50,389 bases of DNA from contig MQRK01252463.1 of NCBI GenBank assembly GCA_001938485.1, forward strand, positions 1-50,389, in the 5' to 3' direction. Under the pieces are notes generated by a model. It worked only from the letters and a program-made list of their open reading frames with translations, had not been told where the DNA came from and did not search any database. This document shows, piece by piece, positions 26,108 to 39,490 of the stretch (within the stretch, counting starts at the first letter, position 1; the number at the start of each line of letters is the position of its first letter). Made by a program: the position numbers and the translations under genes. The DNA is from Girardia tigrina. Lineage: Eukaryota.

Positions 26108-26752
26108 NNNNNNNNNCCCACCGCCCCTCCCCCCGACTACAGGGTGCTGCAGACGGGCTGCGCAAAACACTCTGTTATCAGTTAGATAGAAGAGTTATAT
26201 AAATATTCATCAACTTCATATTAATCATAGTATATCGTATGTATAATTAGTAGTAATAATTATTTATTGATTCCTGTGGATGTTCCTTTCCATAAACGGT
26301 CGCAATCTGACGGGGGAATATTTACATATACAGTTACTTCCAGTTATTACAAACTCTCTTACCAAGGCGAAAGTTTGTAATGACTGATTATTTGTAATAA
26401 CCCAGAGTCACTCTACGGTAATCGGATTCATAACTCGATAAGTCAAAGTTTTTAAAACTAAGCAAAAATCAGAAAAAGTAATTGTAAATTTCTTAAAAAA
26501 ATAAAGCAATACCATTTGAAAACAAAATAATATCAACTTTTATTTTACAACATGTTTTTGATTTCGACGGATTTACTCTCAGTCTGTTCAGTTATGTTTA
26601 TTTCAAAATAAAATGTTAAATGTAAATGTTATGCTAAACACGGTCGCTATTTTACAGAGCTTTCTCTTAAGAAATGGGGATCGTTTGTCGTTTTCATCAT
26701 TCTCGTGAATAATCTGCTTTATATATTGCATTATAATATAATACTGTAATAT

Positions 26753-27391
26753 TGTTGGGTATACAATTAAAAATCTCGTTTTATTTTAAATTTTTAATCA
26801 ACTACTAATTCTGACTCCAAATGAACAAAAGGTTTCTTCCAACAATAATATATGAAGAATGAACAAGACCTTTTAATAATAATTTATTCTGCAACAACAA
26901 TTGAAGTACAAATATAAATTCAACTTTTTCAGTACACTTCAATTCAAAGATCAAACTTCAAATAAACAATTACAACAACTTTTTAGTTCGAGCGATGCTA
27001 AACTATTTTATTTAAAACTTAACTTCTCCTTTACAGGATACTGATATTTTCGTAATGTTTGAATTTAATTTATAAACCTAACTTTTCTCCTTTATAGGAT
27101 ACTTGAATTTTACCTAATATTAACAAAAATCAAATTTACCGTACATTCAGGTTTTTAAATCTTCTTTGAGTAATAATTTGTGTGAGATGTAACTGAAATA
27201 ACTATTGCTTATATACTTTTTTTCCTAACCTTGAAAATTGAATAACTAAAACAATTCTTAAAATATTTACAAATATTTATAAATTTTATTAAAATACTAT
27301 TATAGTAATCAAAAAATTATGAACTTTAACCAACGAATTAAAATTTTTTTTGGAATTAAAAATTAAATTTATATTTTTCGGAACCCCAACA
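26753..27391. mobile_element. Solo LTR (639 bp)
   Basis: TGTTGGG...CCCAACA inverted termini and a 4-bp TSD ATAT (26749-26752, 27392-27395), as expected for Gypsy. Confidence 0.85.
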
Positions 27392-27998
27392 ATATTATAT
27401 ATTGTAAGTGTAATATTTTATAATTATTATATTTTAATTTTTTTATGATTGCAAGATTAAATCAATTTTTATGGAATTGTATTTTCAGTTTAAAAAATCA
27501 AATAAAAATAAAAACTAACAATAACGTTTTTCCGTACGATGCTTGATAGTTTCAATGTTAATTTTCATTGTTCTTTCGAAATCAATCATTGGAAGTACTT
27601 AATTAAAAAATAAATAAACAATAAAGAAATAACTCTTGATAAATTACAGTTACATATTACTAACTTCTATTCATCCAAAGTAGGTTAGATTATTAACATT
27701 TTTAGTTATTATTACCATGACCCTGTTTCCTTTTTGTGATCCCATACTTCTATCTAGTATTTGATCAAAAAGGTTTTGTTGAAAATAAAATAAAAATAAT
27801 TAAATATATATAATAATTAAATTTTATAAAAAAATCACAAGAATTAATCAAATCTATAAGTTGAGCGTGACACAACAAATTGTATCTATAGTAAATAACT
27901 TTCTATTACTTTATTTTTATTATTATATTCATATTCATCTTATTTAATGTTTATAGTAAAATTTATCATATTTTATACGTATTATTATTTATAGGCAT

Positions 27999-28682
27999 TG
28001 TGAGGGATATTGAAATGATGTTTAAATGAAGTTGAGTGATTGTTCAATGAGTTTTATAATATGTTTGAGACTGGTTAGTTTTTGAAGCATAACATCTCTC
28101 CATAGACAATTGAAGTCAATTATTGTTGAATTTAAAAATATATTACTAATTGTATAATAAATTAATTGTTATTTAACAATTAATTAAAAATACAATTGTT
28201 TTAATCATTGAAGATTTTGGCAAATTTTTGAAGAAACAAGTCATGCCACAGACGCTGATTACATATCATTTAGTCTTGATAAATCTTATAATAACACTTG
28301 TTAGTATTCTTAATATGGCGACCACGACTCCCATGAACCTCACGCTCAAAGGACCAGAAATCTATTATGGAAACGACAATGTGTTGCAGAATTTATCAAA
28401 GAATTCGACAGATATTCAAATTCGATCAAGATTCCTGAAGAAAAAAAGATGTTGCTGGTAACCGTTTTTCTTTTAGCAGAAGGCAGGGACAAATACGAAA
28501 TCGCAGAAGAAAATTATGTTGCCAAACTGCGATCGGCTTTTTTAAAAAAGACAAATCTGTTGGATATAATGGGAGAACTCTATCTGTCAAAACGCAATGG
28601 AGAAAATCCTCAAAAATTTTTCAAGATGGCGGACCAATTAATAGAAAAAATTGGAAAAAAAGAATTATCAAATCAAGTATAA
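27999..28682 (+). mobile_element. Gypsy 5' LTR (27999-28315), PBS and truncated gag
   Basis: LTR start TGTGAGGGATATT, PBS TGGCGACCACG, gag-like MATTTPMNLTLKGPEIYYG...KLRSAFLKKTNLLDIM with a frameshift. Confidence 0.75.
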
Positions 28683-29081
28683 ATGAATTAATTATCAGAA
28701 AGGAGGTCATCGTCTTCATCATACCTTTTACTGCTGGCTAATTTTTCTTCAGCCTCATTATCGTAGAATTGACATGCTTTGATTGGTTGAGCTCTAATTC
28801 GTTGCATCAATGGTAGTAGGCATTCGTATTTCTCATCATCTTCGTAACTCTCTACAACTTTGTTTTTTAAATTATACTGATGTAATGTTCTTGGCATTTT
28901 AAAATTAATTTACAGTTTTAATATGAGCAACACTTAATAATAGGCAATAAATGTGAGATACTTTCAGTAAATTACAGTCAGTTGGCACTAATCTAAGCGG
29001 TCCTAGGCATAAAATAATAGCATATTATAACAATGATGCATCAAGCATTTAATTCGAGAATGAGAGGGATATATTCAAATA

Positions 29082-29780
29082 TTAGGTTGGTCGAAAAATA
29101 ATGGCGGTTTTGGAACACAAACTTCAAACACGTACAAATTCTCAGAAACAACAGTTTATTAATCAAAGTATGAACCGTTGGCATCAATACATTTTTGCCA
29201 ACGAGAAACAAGTTGTTTTATTGCATCAGCAAGTTGCATCAGCATAAAATGCATCGGTTCTTGAAGCGACGAATTCTTAGAATGCATTTTGAGCATCATT
29301 TTGGTTTTTGAAAATATTTTCACGTAGGAAGTTGTTCAAATGCCTGAAAAAGTTGAAGTCCGTTGGCGAGAGGTCTGGTGAATATGGTGGATGAAGCAGG
29401 GTTTCATAGCCCAACTCACTAAGCTTTTGAAGAGTCACTTTTGAAATATGAAGTGTAACGTTATCATGAAGAAGGATGGGACTTTTTCGATTGACCAATC
29501 CCGGACAAAGGGTTTTCAATTTTTTATGCATTTCATCAATTTCATGACAGTACCTCTCCGCTGTGATTGTTTCANNNNNNNNNNNNNNNNNNNNNNNNNN
29601 NNNNNNNNNNNNNNNNNNNNNNNNNNNNNNNNNNNNNNNNNNNNNNNNNNNNNNNNNNNNNNNNNNACTTCATCTTTGTCCAACCACTGTGCAGATCGAC
29701 GTCGGTTATCATATAGGATCCATTTCTCATCACATGTAACAATACGATCAAGAAATGGATCGTTTTTATTGCGAAGATGA
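29082..29780 (-). mobile_element. mariner (DD34D, Hsmar1/SETMAR-like) 3' half
   Basis: TA plus TIR ttaggttggtcgaaaaataatggcggttt. Motifs RIVTCDEKWILYDN, LLHDNV, HPPYSPDLSPTDF. Confidence 0.92.
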
Positions 29781-29829
29781 TTGGCGGAACAAATTTCATA
29801 GCGTATATTATTATATTTATATAATATTT

Positions 29830-30731
29830 ATATTTTTTCACATCTATATCATCCACACAATGTGTCAAAAAATATGACATTAATTCTGGTTTGGTCCATT
29901 TATGATTGAGGATTCGGTCAACCATCTTTTCGATTTTATTGCAATATATAATCGCTGAATCTTCGCCTTTCCTGTAGTTGATTATTTCTTGTAGATCTTG
30001 AATCAGCGACGTTGGTCTTTTGAATGCTTTCCTGAGTCGGTCAAGGAAATTAAAAATCATACTGTCCACATTTTCATACGTGGCAAGCAAATCACAGTGT
30101 ATAAATGCTTTAACCACCAGTGGTTGTAATGTCTCACTGATTTGTGAAACCTCAAAAAATCGCTGGCAATCTGTGATGAACTGTTCCAGATCTCCCACTC
30201 CATTATACATTTGAGGCGTCAGGTTATTTATGGCACTTGGTGTGGTCGCCATGTAAGTACTTTCCATTATAAAAAGAAAATATCGCTATTAAGAACACCA
30301 ACATGGGTTTTCAAACTTTTCTTTTCAATACAATCAGAATTGTCTTTTGGACAACTCTCAGCAAAACTCTCGTCATTCGACATCGTTCTAAATTGATAAT
30401 TTTTGTTAATAAACAATTATTCGAACAAATTTTTCATTATTTTCAGATTTTATTTTTAAAGTTCAAATTTTGGTAGTTTTAGTATTAATTTTATTTAAAA
30501 ATTATTTTACGTAAAGAAAGAACATTTATTTAATTCAAAACTTAGTTAAAACTATTTATTTTATTTAAATTTTAATATGAAGATTTGAAAAGATTTAATA
30601 TTTTTATGTTTTTAAATATCTTAGCTGTACTTTAAAATGTAAATTATACTCGAATAATTATCTATACTAAACTCAACATACAAAATTCAACAAACCAATT
30701 TCAACATAACAAATTTAAAATATTCCTCACA
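29830..30731 (-). mobile_element. Gypsy 5' LTR (30731-30252), PBS and truncated gag
   Basis: TGTGAG...CTTACA termini, PBS TGGCGACCAC, gag PQMYNGVGDLEQFITDCQRFF...LRKAFKRPTSLIQDL. Confidence 0.82.
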
Positions 30732-30842
30732 ATCGCAAAACACAAAATCTAGCAAAATTTATTAATATTCAAAATTTGTGCCAAAACACAATATGAAAAA
30801 CAAATCAGGAGTTTATAAAATTAATCTGGATCCAAATTACAA

Positions 30843-30889
<47 letters not shown>

Positions 30890-31359
30890 ATATGATAATT
30901 TAATATAAATAGTAATATATAAGTTAATTTTCCTAACAATAATATAATAATTTGTTGAGCGTGGATAGTACATCTCGATTTCGACGACAAGAAAAAAGAA
31001 ACACAAGAAACAAAGCTAACAAAAAATAAAATATCATCTTCACCAAATTACCAATATCCTGACAAATAGCTATTACCACTGACGATATTATCAACAATTA
31101 TTAACGAGGTTATTGACAATATTGTTCTGATTAATTACCTGACGATATTATTCTGATTAGTTAGCCGACGATATTGTCCAACTATTTTTTTACGCTGTTA
31201 TTATCATTATTGTTATTTTAATCTAATTCATTTATTCGTTGAAACCGGTTTTTTTTATTTTGTTATCTCCACAAGTCTAAACAGATTCACCGCACAACAT
31301 ATTATTTCGGTTAATCGGGTTAGATTTTAATTATTCGACCAATAATAAAACATTCTATT

Positions 31360-32356
31360 CTAGTTAGAAATAGTGTTTTTAATTTCCCTCTAATTGTAAT
31401 TCGGAAGGTAAAACCATTATTTCAACAACATCCATGGCAATTGTTTTGCCAGAAAGCGTTTTTATAAATATCTGCAATTCTGTGTCTTTTCAGTCAAACA
31501 TTTTTTTTTCATCCTCATATTCCGGCAAATCGAGATCTTCACTGCCAACTACACCCTTCACAAAATTCGAATTTATTTTTTCAGACGGAATTCTTGGGGA
31601 TTCGGTTAAATTAGCTAGACTTGCGACTCAATCGTTATAATCCTATTTATTGATTTTTCCACAATCGAAGCAAATCCACATGATTTTATCAGAATATTTT
31701 AATGATTTTCTTTTAACAGATAATATAATCGGTGCTCCATGCTCCAAGATATCTAATCGATAAAAACCATCAGTACCATAATTGTCGATGAAAACACAGT
31801 GGTCACACAATCTTTTATTATTTAATTCTCTCCATCCACATTGAAAGCAGTACTTTTTCTCATTTATCACTCGGCACACATCGCATCGTTCACTAAAGGC
31901 CTCATTTATTGAAGTGCAGAGAGAGCAACTCAATTTCATCATTCTCTCTCTACCACAACATTCACACCGCTGAGAGGAGACATCATTAATTAACTTCCAA
32001 ATGTCACACTTCCATTTACCGCGAAGATTGATATTCTATTGACTGTAAACTCTGATTTCCTTTGCGACGGTAACCAATTGGATCTTGTTTGTCTTCAATG
32101 ATTTATGTATGGCGATTCCACATCGTATACAAACTTCACTAAATTTATTAAAAATTTTACATTTCTTACAAATCCAAATTTGATCGAGGGTATGATTCTT
32201 ACACCGACAATCATTTCTCATGACCTCTCGATTCCACACGATTGACAATATTTATCTTTTTACAAAATTGATACGGTCGAATTATTCGTAATTCATGTTT
32301 GGTATGTGGGTGCCCATTTAACCACAACCAATTTCTGCTCCAAAATATTGAGCCAT
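31360..32356 (-). pseudogene. Decayed ORF: five RanBP2/NZF-like Cys4 fingers plus a ubiquitin-like segment
   Basis: One frame broken only by stops: WICKKCKIFN...CIRC, WKCDIW.LIN...CECC, LSCSLCTSIN...CDVC, YCFQC...CDHC, WICFDCGKIN, then LQIFIKTLSGKTIAMDV (31477-31427). Confidence 0.75.
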
Positions 32357-33757
32357 TTTTTAAATTTCAAGTAATAAGATCAAAACTCAGTTCGCTTTTT
32401 TAAAAAACTTTTATTTTCAAAATGTTTTCATGATATGATTAAATTGATCAATTAAAACAAATTTAACCCTAAATTTTCACAATTATAATTCGATTTTAAA
32501 TTAAATGTTTTTATCACAATTTTAAATAATTAATTGATTCATATTTGAATCTTCCAATTATTACCATGTTTTAAATAAAAAATTCTCAATAAGCTGGTTG
32601 AGACTGACGATTGAATATTGATTTTAAGGCAAAATGCTTCATGCGACACTGTCTAATAATAGTAATTGTGGAAATTCAGTGATTATTATCACGGAAATTT
32701 AGTAAAGCTTCATTGTCTTATTCGTTTATTCATACTCATTGCCATTTTAAAATATTTAAGTGTATTAATTAAAGTGTTTACCATAGTTCCATCAACAGAA
32801 ATGACTTGCTTTTATTGAGAAGGTTCTTATACTCATGAGTTTCAATGATCGGGAAAGGTTCAATATTACGTTTCGGCCATGTATATGCCGACTAATCATA
32901 GATCCATCAACAAAAGAGATGTACAAAAACAAGCAACATCTTTATGTTGTGTTTCTTACTTTGATTACATAAACATCTGACCGCAATTTCAATTTTGAGT
33001 CATTTACCCAGAGAAACACATCATACTTTAATGTTTACCTCAGATGCGTGTATTCGCGCTCCTCAACATTTACGTAACCCATTACCTTCCATAATTCTAT
33101 AAACTAAAATTTTTTTTTGGAACTTTGTTTCAAATTCTGATAAATTTCAACTTATATTTTGTTAAATCTACAGTGAAAAATTAGCAAACCTCATTTGAAT
33201 ATCAGAGAAATATATCTAATAGATATAGCAAAAAGGTTAGATATATGTAAATACTGACAGATAGTCACGAAATTTGTGATTTTTAAGTTATCACATATGA
33301 GGTCAGTGGTAGATAATTGGTTAAGTTTGCAAGTCGTATTCCTCAAGCCACAATTCCTCAATAACTCAAGCATGTGAAACAAGCAATAACCAATAACGTC
33401 GAACCAAAATAACATTTTAAATCGTTGCTACCGCCTGAGATCCTGGGTTTGTTTCTAGAAATATAACTTGAAAAGTAGACCCAAATATTATGCGGGTGCC
33501 AGAATAAATTAGTTAAGCAAGCAAAATTACTTGGCTTCATTTCGACCCGTTCTCATTGGAAATTATCCATAGTTCGACATTACTGAGAAAGGGAACGCCT
33601 TCCCCGATCCGATGCCGGTCGTCGTCTCTTTGCATCTCTTCTCTATCAGGCCCAATATCCCTACAAAAATAAAAATTGTATTGCAAGTAATAAGTAAGAA
33701 AAAGTCTCCCTAATGACCTCGGCATTTGAAACATTAAAATCTGAATTTAAAAGTTTA

Positions 33758-34842
33758 AAATTATTCACTAATGAAAAATATTCACCAATGAGGTGCGTAA
33801 ACCAGGCGTCCGTTTTGAACTGAAAACGGACAGCACTTTTAAACACGCAAAAGAATATCGGCTGAAGGCTTGAAAGGTAAACACGCACACACCCGAAGAT
33901 ATAATATTGTTAAAATTGGATATATCAAGAAAATGAACGAAAAGTTTCGATGAGAACCGACTTAGGTTGATGATAAAGTGAAATCTGAAGTGCTATCGAA
34001 TTTCGTTCTTAAATGATTTTGTTTCTTGGAATATTGATTGCCGTCGAACGATGAATTTCAAGGCGGAAAGAACACTCTTATTTTGAGAAGAAAATCTTAA
34101 TGAATAATTGCTTGTCGTTCGGGAAGTGGCACGAAGGAAGTTTGATATCGTAATATTCTTTTATGTGATTCCTTCGAATGAAAAAAGAATGAAAAGTCGG
34201 CCCAGCATATCAACGACAAATTTGTAACTGCTCCTTAATCACGTCTGCCAGTTTCTCGATGCGACCCGGGAAAAGAGCCGACCAATTTCCATTTTAAAAA
34301 ATTTAATTGGATTTTATTATTTTTAAAAATTTAATTGAATTTTATAATTTTATGTGGTCTCTTTTTCCGCTCTCCGATATTTTGGTATTTACAGAAAAAA
34401 TAGACGAACATTAACCGGTACATAATTTGCGCAGTGCAAAGAAATATCAGGGACTAGATTCAGATTTTATCTTTAAAATGTCAGCTGCTAAGGAAGGAAG
34501 AGACTATGGACCAAACAGATCCTAGTTTTTTTTCAACTAGTTTTTCTACTAGTTCATCAATCTTTTTTAAATACTTCTGATTGATTTTTATCCCCAATTA
34601 TATCTAAATTTTATCTATTCATTATATCTAAAATATTTTTCTCTTTCGAGAATAATAAATTATTCACTAATGAAAAATATTCACCAATGAGGTGCGTAAA
34701 CCAGGCGTCCGTTTTGAACTGAAAACGGACAGCACTTTGAAACACGCAAAAGAATATCGGCTGAAGGCTTGAAAGGTAAACACGCACACACCCGAAGATA
34801 TAATATTGTTAAAATTGGATATATCAAGAAAATGAACGAAAA
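33758..34842. repeat. 186-bp direct repeat pair (33758-33943 and 34657-34842)
   Basis: Copies differ at about one position; the second copy interrupts the gag remnant. Confidence 0.9.
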
Positions 34843-35558
34843 AAATGCACTTCTCATTCTCGTTTCCCAGCTTCCTCCTTGTGTCTTCTCATATTTGTTT
34901 ATCGCTTCTGGGGTCATGAAAGCTGTAACTAATATTGCTTTTCTTTCTTCCTTAAATCCCAAAATCATTGAATATCTCTCAAAGCTTATTAGGAATTCTT
35001 CTAATTTTACTTCTGACACATCGTATGTCTCCGTCCCTTGATAACTGATGTCACGTAGTCGTGTGTCGCCATATTAAGAACATTTAAACAAGTCTCGTTT
35101 GAATGTTTATTACAATCACATTTAGAGTCATTATGACTCTCAGAAAGTCTTTCATCGTTTGCCATCCTTCTAATTGGTTTTGTTATTTCTGTTATTAATC
35201 ATGATTATTCGAAAAAATTTTCTGAATTAATTTTTAAAATATTAATTAAAAAATAATAATTTTTACCAGTTCTCAATAAATCTTAAAATAATAAAAATGT
35301 CATCAAATTATTAAAAATGCATTTAATTTAAATTTTTCTAAAAATTAGTAAACTTAATTTTAATTGTGAAATTTTAAATATGAACCTATCAAATGATTAT
35401 TTGAATTATGTTCGAATAGTCAATCACTTTAAATTTAAATAAAAAAAATACCAATTTCCATCTGGGTGGGAGAATCACTTTCTAAATTCAACATATTTAA
35501 ATCAATATACCCCATCCATACATTTACACATTCAAACAATTTTAAAATATTCCTAAGA
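34480..35558 (-). mobile_element. Gypsy 5' LTR (~35558-35072), PBS and degraded gag
   Basis: The LTR resembles the 30.3-30.7 kb LTR (aggaatattttaaa start, gttcttaata motif). PBS TGGCGAC. gag KLEEFLISFERY...RMRSAF...KEKNILDIM. Confidence 0.75.
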
Positions 35559-36339
35559 GTCTAATTTAAAAATAGTATCAATAACAAAAAATTAAACAAT
35601 AACTTGTGAATTTGTTAAATTATTCATTTGAAAATCACCGGTATAAAATTTGAAATAAGTTTAGTTCAAAAATTCTAAATCAATGATTAGATCTCGTTAC
35701 AATTCTTTGATATATAATAATCCAGTGAACGAAATTTTGTCAAATTATTCTTCTAATTCAATTAAGCCTTTCAAAGTGCTTTTATAGTGCTTTCATAGTG
35801 CTCATTTAAAAACTCTTTTACTTGGTTCTAATTGGGAAAAATATGATTCAATTATGCCTGATTTGTGTAATCAAATTGATTTTGAATTAATATGGAGGCA
35901 CAGTTTCCGTTCCAGCGGAGGAACATAATTAAAAAAATATAAACTTTTTTTTCAAAATATCGTGTTTAAAACTCTAATTAAATCTAAATATTTAAACATA
36001 TTTTGAATATTATCTAACTGAAATATAAAAAAATAATTTTTCAACTGCAAATATTCATTTTATTCATAAAAATATTTAGAAAATTAAGAAATTTGTGCTA
36101 AAAAAATTTATTATTTTGAATATCATCAATTAGTCTTCGTCACTATCTTCATTTAATTCTACCTTCATGTCAAATCCGGAAATCAGAAAAAAATATTTAC
36201 TGGGTGATGTGAAAGTCTTGTAAAAAAGCACTTCAAACAGATTAACATGTACATATAAGAAAATGTAACAGAAAGCGCTATGAAACTTTAAATTCAATTT
36301 GAATAGAAGTGTTTCAAACAATTTATTTGAAATAATCAC

Positions 36340-36850
36340 CTCGCATGCACGACGGTGTCACTGATATCATCATCTCGTTAGCGAATGATACAGTTATTAT
36401 GACGGTTCAATGATCGATCTACTGTGAAATTTTTTACGTCTTCAAATACATTATCGAATCCTGCTGGACGGGACTTCGTGTCGTTAAAAGCGTCTGACAC
36501 CGTTCAAAACGATTCTGCTTCATTTCATTGGTTAGAATAGGTCTCTCAATAATCACAAGACTCTTGATAACAAGTTTCTTGACTATACGACTGATATGTG
36601 ACTTATAAAAACCAAACTTTGAAACATGAACTGTGATTGATAGCTCTGGATGAGCCTTGATGTTCTTTCTGAGCTGGGATACATTTATTTTTTATTTTTG
36701 ACCACTCCTATAACTGTCATGAAGACTCTCGTTTGAAGCCAAACGTTTGCTGCATCAATTAAAAATACCGAGCTACTTCAGCGATTTTCTGTTCTCGATT
36801 AAAAGTGAAGAAGAGCACGATTCGGAAACGTATATTCATTCTTATTATAC
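36340..36850 (-). mobile_element. maT/DD37D-like transposase N-terminal remnant
   Basis: ISRIVKKL...ERPILTNEMKQNRFERCQTLL...VFEDVKNFTVDRSLNRHN resembles the FSDEKxFTVD...NRQN motif. Confidence 0.65.
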
Positions 36851-36959
36851 ACGTATTATCTTTTCTTTTTCTTTTGAACCTTAGCCATTGAGCCTTAAGT
36901 GCACCCAATTATGCACAACCATTCGCTACCTCTATTTTCCACATCTATTTTCAACTTAA

Positions 36960-38535
36960 ATATATTTTAGATTTTCAGTATAGTGAAATTTTATTATAAA
37001 TAATCAATCATTTCATCATCAAATTTATCGTATTTCAGTGTTTTAGACTTTCATTTGGTTACAAAATTCGGTTATTTTGAAAAACTGGTATTTCGTTGAA
37101 TGTTGATATTTTTAAGTAAGAACGGTGTATAAGTAACAAAACTTTAAAATAATTTTTCTCTGAATTAATAACAATGAACTTCTGTAATTTTATATACAAA
37201 TATTATTTTTAGATTATCGACATAATTTACAAAATTTTGATTATATTAATTTTAAAATAATGAACATTTAGCACTTTTTTTTGAAAATTTTTAGTATTTT
37301 TTATAATCTTCGTTCATTCTAGTATATCATATTTATCTTCTTATATCTTAAATTTATTCTTATATTTTTAAATCATATTTTGAAATAAATTTCAGAAATA
37401 TTTTTAGTCTAGTGAAATTTTATTATAAATAATCAATCATTTCATCATCAAATTTATCGTATTTCAGTGTTTTAGACTTTCATTTGGTTNNNNNNNNNNN
37501 NNNNNNNNNNNNNNNNNNNNNNNNNNNNNNNNNNNNNNNAATCATTTCATCATCAAATTTATCGTATTTCAGTGTTTTAGACTTTCATTTGGTTACAAAA
37601 TTCGGTTATTTTGAAAAACTGGTATTTCGTTGAATGTTGATATTTTTAAGTAAGAACGGTGTATAAGTAACAAAACTTTAAAATAATTTTTCTCTGAATT
37701 AATAACAATGAACTTCTGTAATTTTATATACAAATATTATTTTTAGATTATCGACATAATTTACAAAATTTTGATTATATTAATTTTAAAATAATGAACA
37801 TTTAGCACTTTTTTTTGAAAATTTTTAGTATTTTTTATAATCTTCGTTCATTCTAGTATATCATATTTATCTTCTTATATCTTAAATTTATTCTTATATT
37901 TTTTAATCATATTTTGAAATAAATTTCAGAAATATTTTTAGTCTAGTGAAATTTTATTATAAATAAACAATCATTTCATCATCAAATTTATCGTATTTCA
38001 GTGTTTTAGACTTTCTTTTGGTCACAAAATTCAGTTATTGTGAAAAACTGGTATCTCTTTGAATGTTGATATTTTCAAGTAAGAACGGTACAGAAGTAAG
38101 AAACTTTAAAATAATTTTTATCTGAACTTTTGTAATTTTAAATACAAATATTATTTTCAGCTTATCGACAAAATTTTACAAATTTTTGATTATATTAATT
38201 TTAAAATAATGAATAATTCTGAAAAAAATAAAAATTAATTTTACAAAAAATCCATGTTCCATTTTGAAATTTAAGTTGATTTTTCAAAATTAAACATTTT
38301 TTTGGCTTTTATATAGAAAATATTCGTTTTTATAAAGAAGTTATTCGTTTTTATAGCTAAATTCAACTTTTTTTGCAAAAAAAGTAAGTGTATCTTTAAG
38401 TATAAAAACATTTATTTCTTCAACATTTAGCACTTTTTTTAAATATTTTAGTATTTTTTATAATCTTCCTTCATTCTAGTATATCATATTTATCTTCTTA
38501 TATCTTAAATTTAGTCTTATATATTTAAATCATAT
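36960..38535. repeat. Tandem array of ~430-bp AT-rich units spanning a gap
   Basis: tagtgaaattttattataaataa...atcatttcatcatcaaatttatcg recurs at ~36981, 37410 and 37943 (partial at 37540). The last copy is diverged; a partial copy lies at 38420-38535. Confidence 0.85.
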
Positions 38536-39490
38536 TTCATTCATTCCTTATGAATTATATATTACTATCAAAACTAATTAAATAAATATTATTTTTAAAA
38601 CCATTCTTACGTATATGGGCGACGGGATATAATGTGTTTACTTTAAAAGCGTTTATTTGTGCGAGATGAAATAATTCATGTCGTTGAGTTTGATGTAATA
38701 GGTATTTTTATTAATAAAAAATTTTCCAAAAAATTATATATGTAAATTTTACTTATCCAAAATTTTAATCTATCAATAAATAGAGATATCATAAATAAAT
38801 TCTCAAAAAAATATTTAAAATAAAAGAAGTATCGAAATAAATTATAGATTAAATAAAAGAAATGATATTTATGAATTGGAAAACAACTTTTTGTTCAGTT
38901 TTGCGTCGAAAAGAATTAATCTCTCTATTTTTTCAATTATTCGAATCGGAAAAAGTATAATTTTAATGCGTTTTAAAAAAATAAATATAAAGAAATTTTC
39001 AAATAAAAAATATTTTAATTAGTTTAAATATTACAATAATAAAATACTTTCCATAAAATTAATCGGTTAAAATTATTTGGAAGAAATACAATTTTTAGAA
39101 TTGTCACAAAAATTTAGTTAGAAATATTTTATGTATATTAAAATACTTTTGTTTTTGACCTTTTGAAGTCGTGATCTTTTATCGAATTTAAGAATACTTT
39201 CGAATTCAAAACACTAATTAAAAACAGTACAATAACCATATCTTAAGTGAAGAATCTTGTTAATATAATCTCGATAAAAATGTGTCATTTAGAAATTCGT
39301 TTGTTCTGTAAATAAATTTTATTTATCTTCCTAATATAATTAGTATTTTTTGTACAATTAAAATAGACATATCTGAAACTCTTCAGTAATTATTTTTAGA
39401 AACTATTACTAACATGTAACATTTTATATCATTATATTATATGATGTATTGTAAATTTTGTCAAACTTCATTTAATATAACACAACTCTA

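Noticed and set aside
24463-32356. Alternative genetic code suggested by stop-interrupted frames
   Set aside because: All three stop types occur, and EAF and eIF3j translate normally and end at TAA; ordinary decay explains it.
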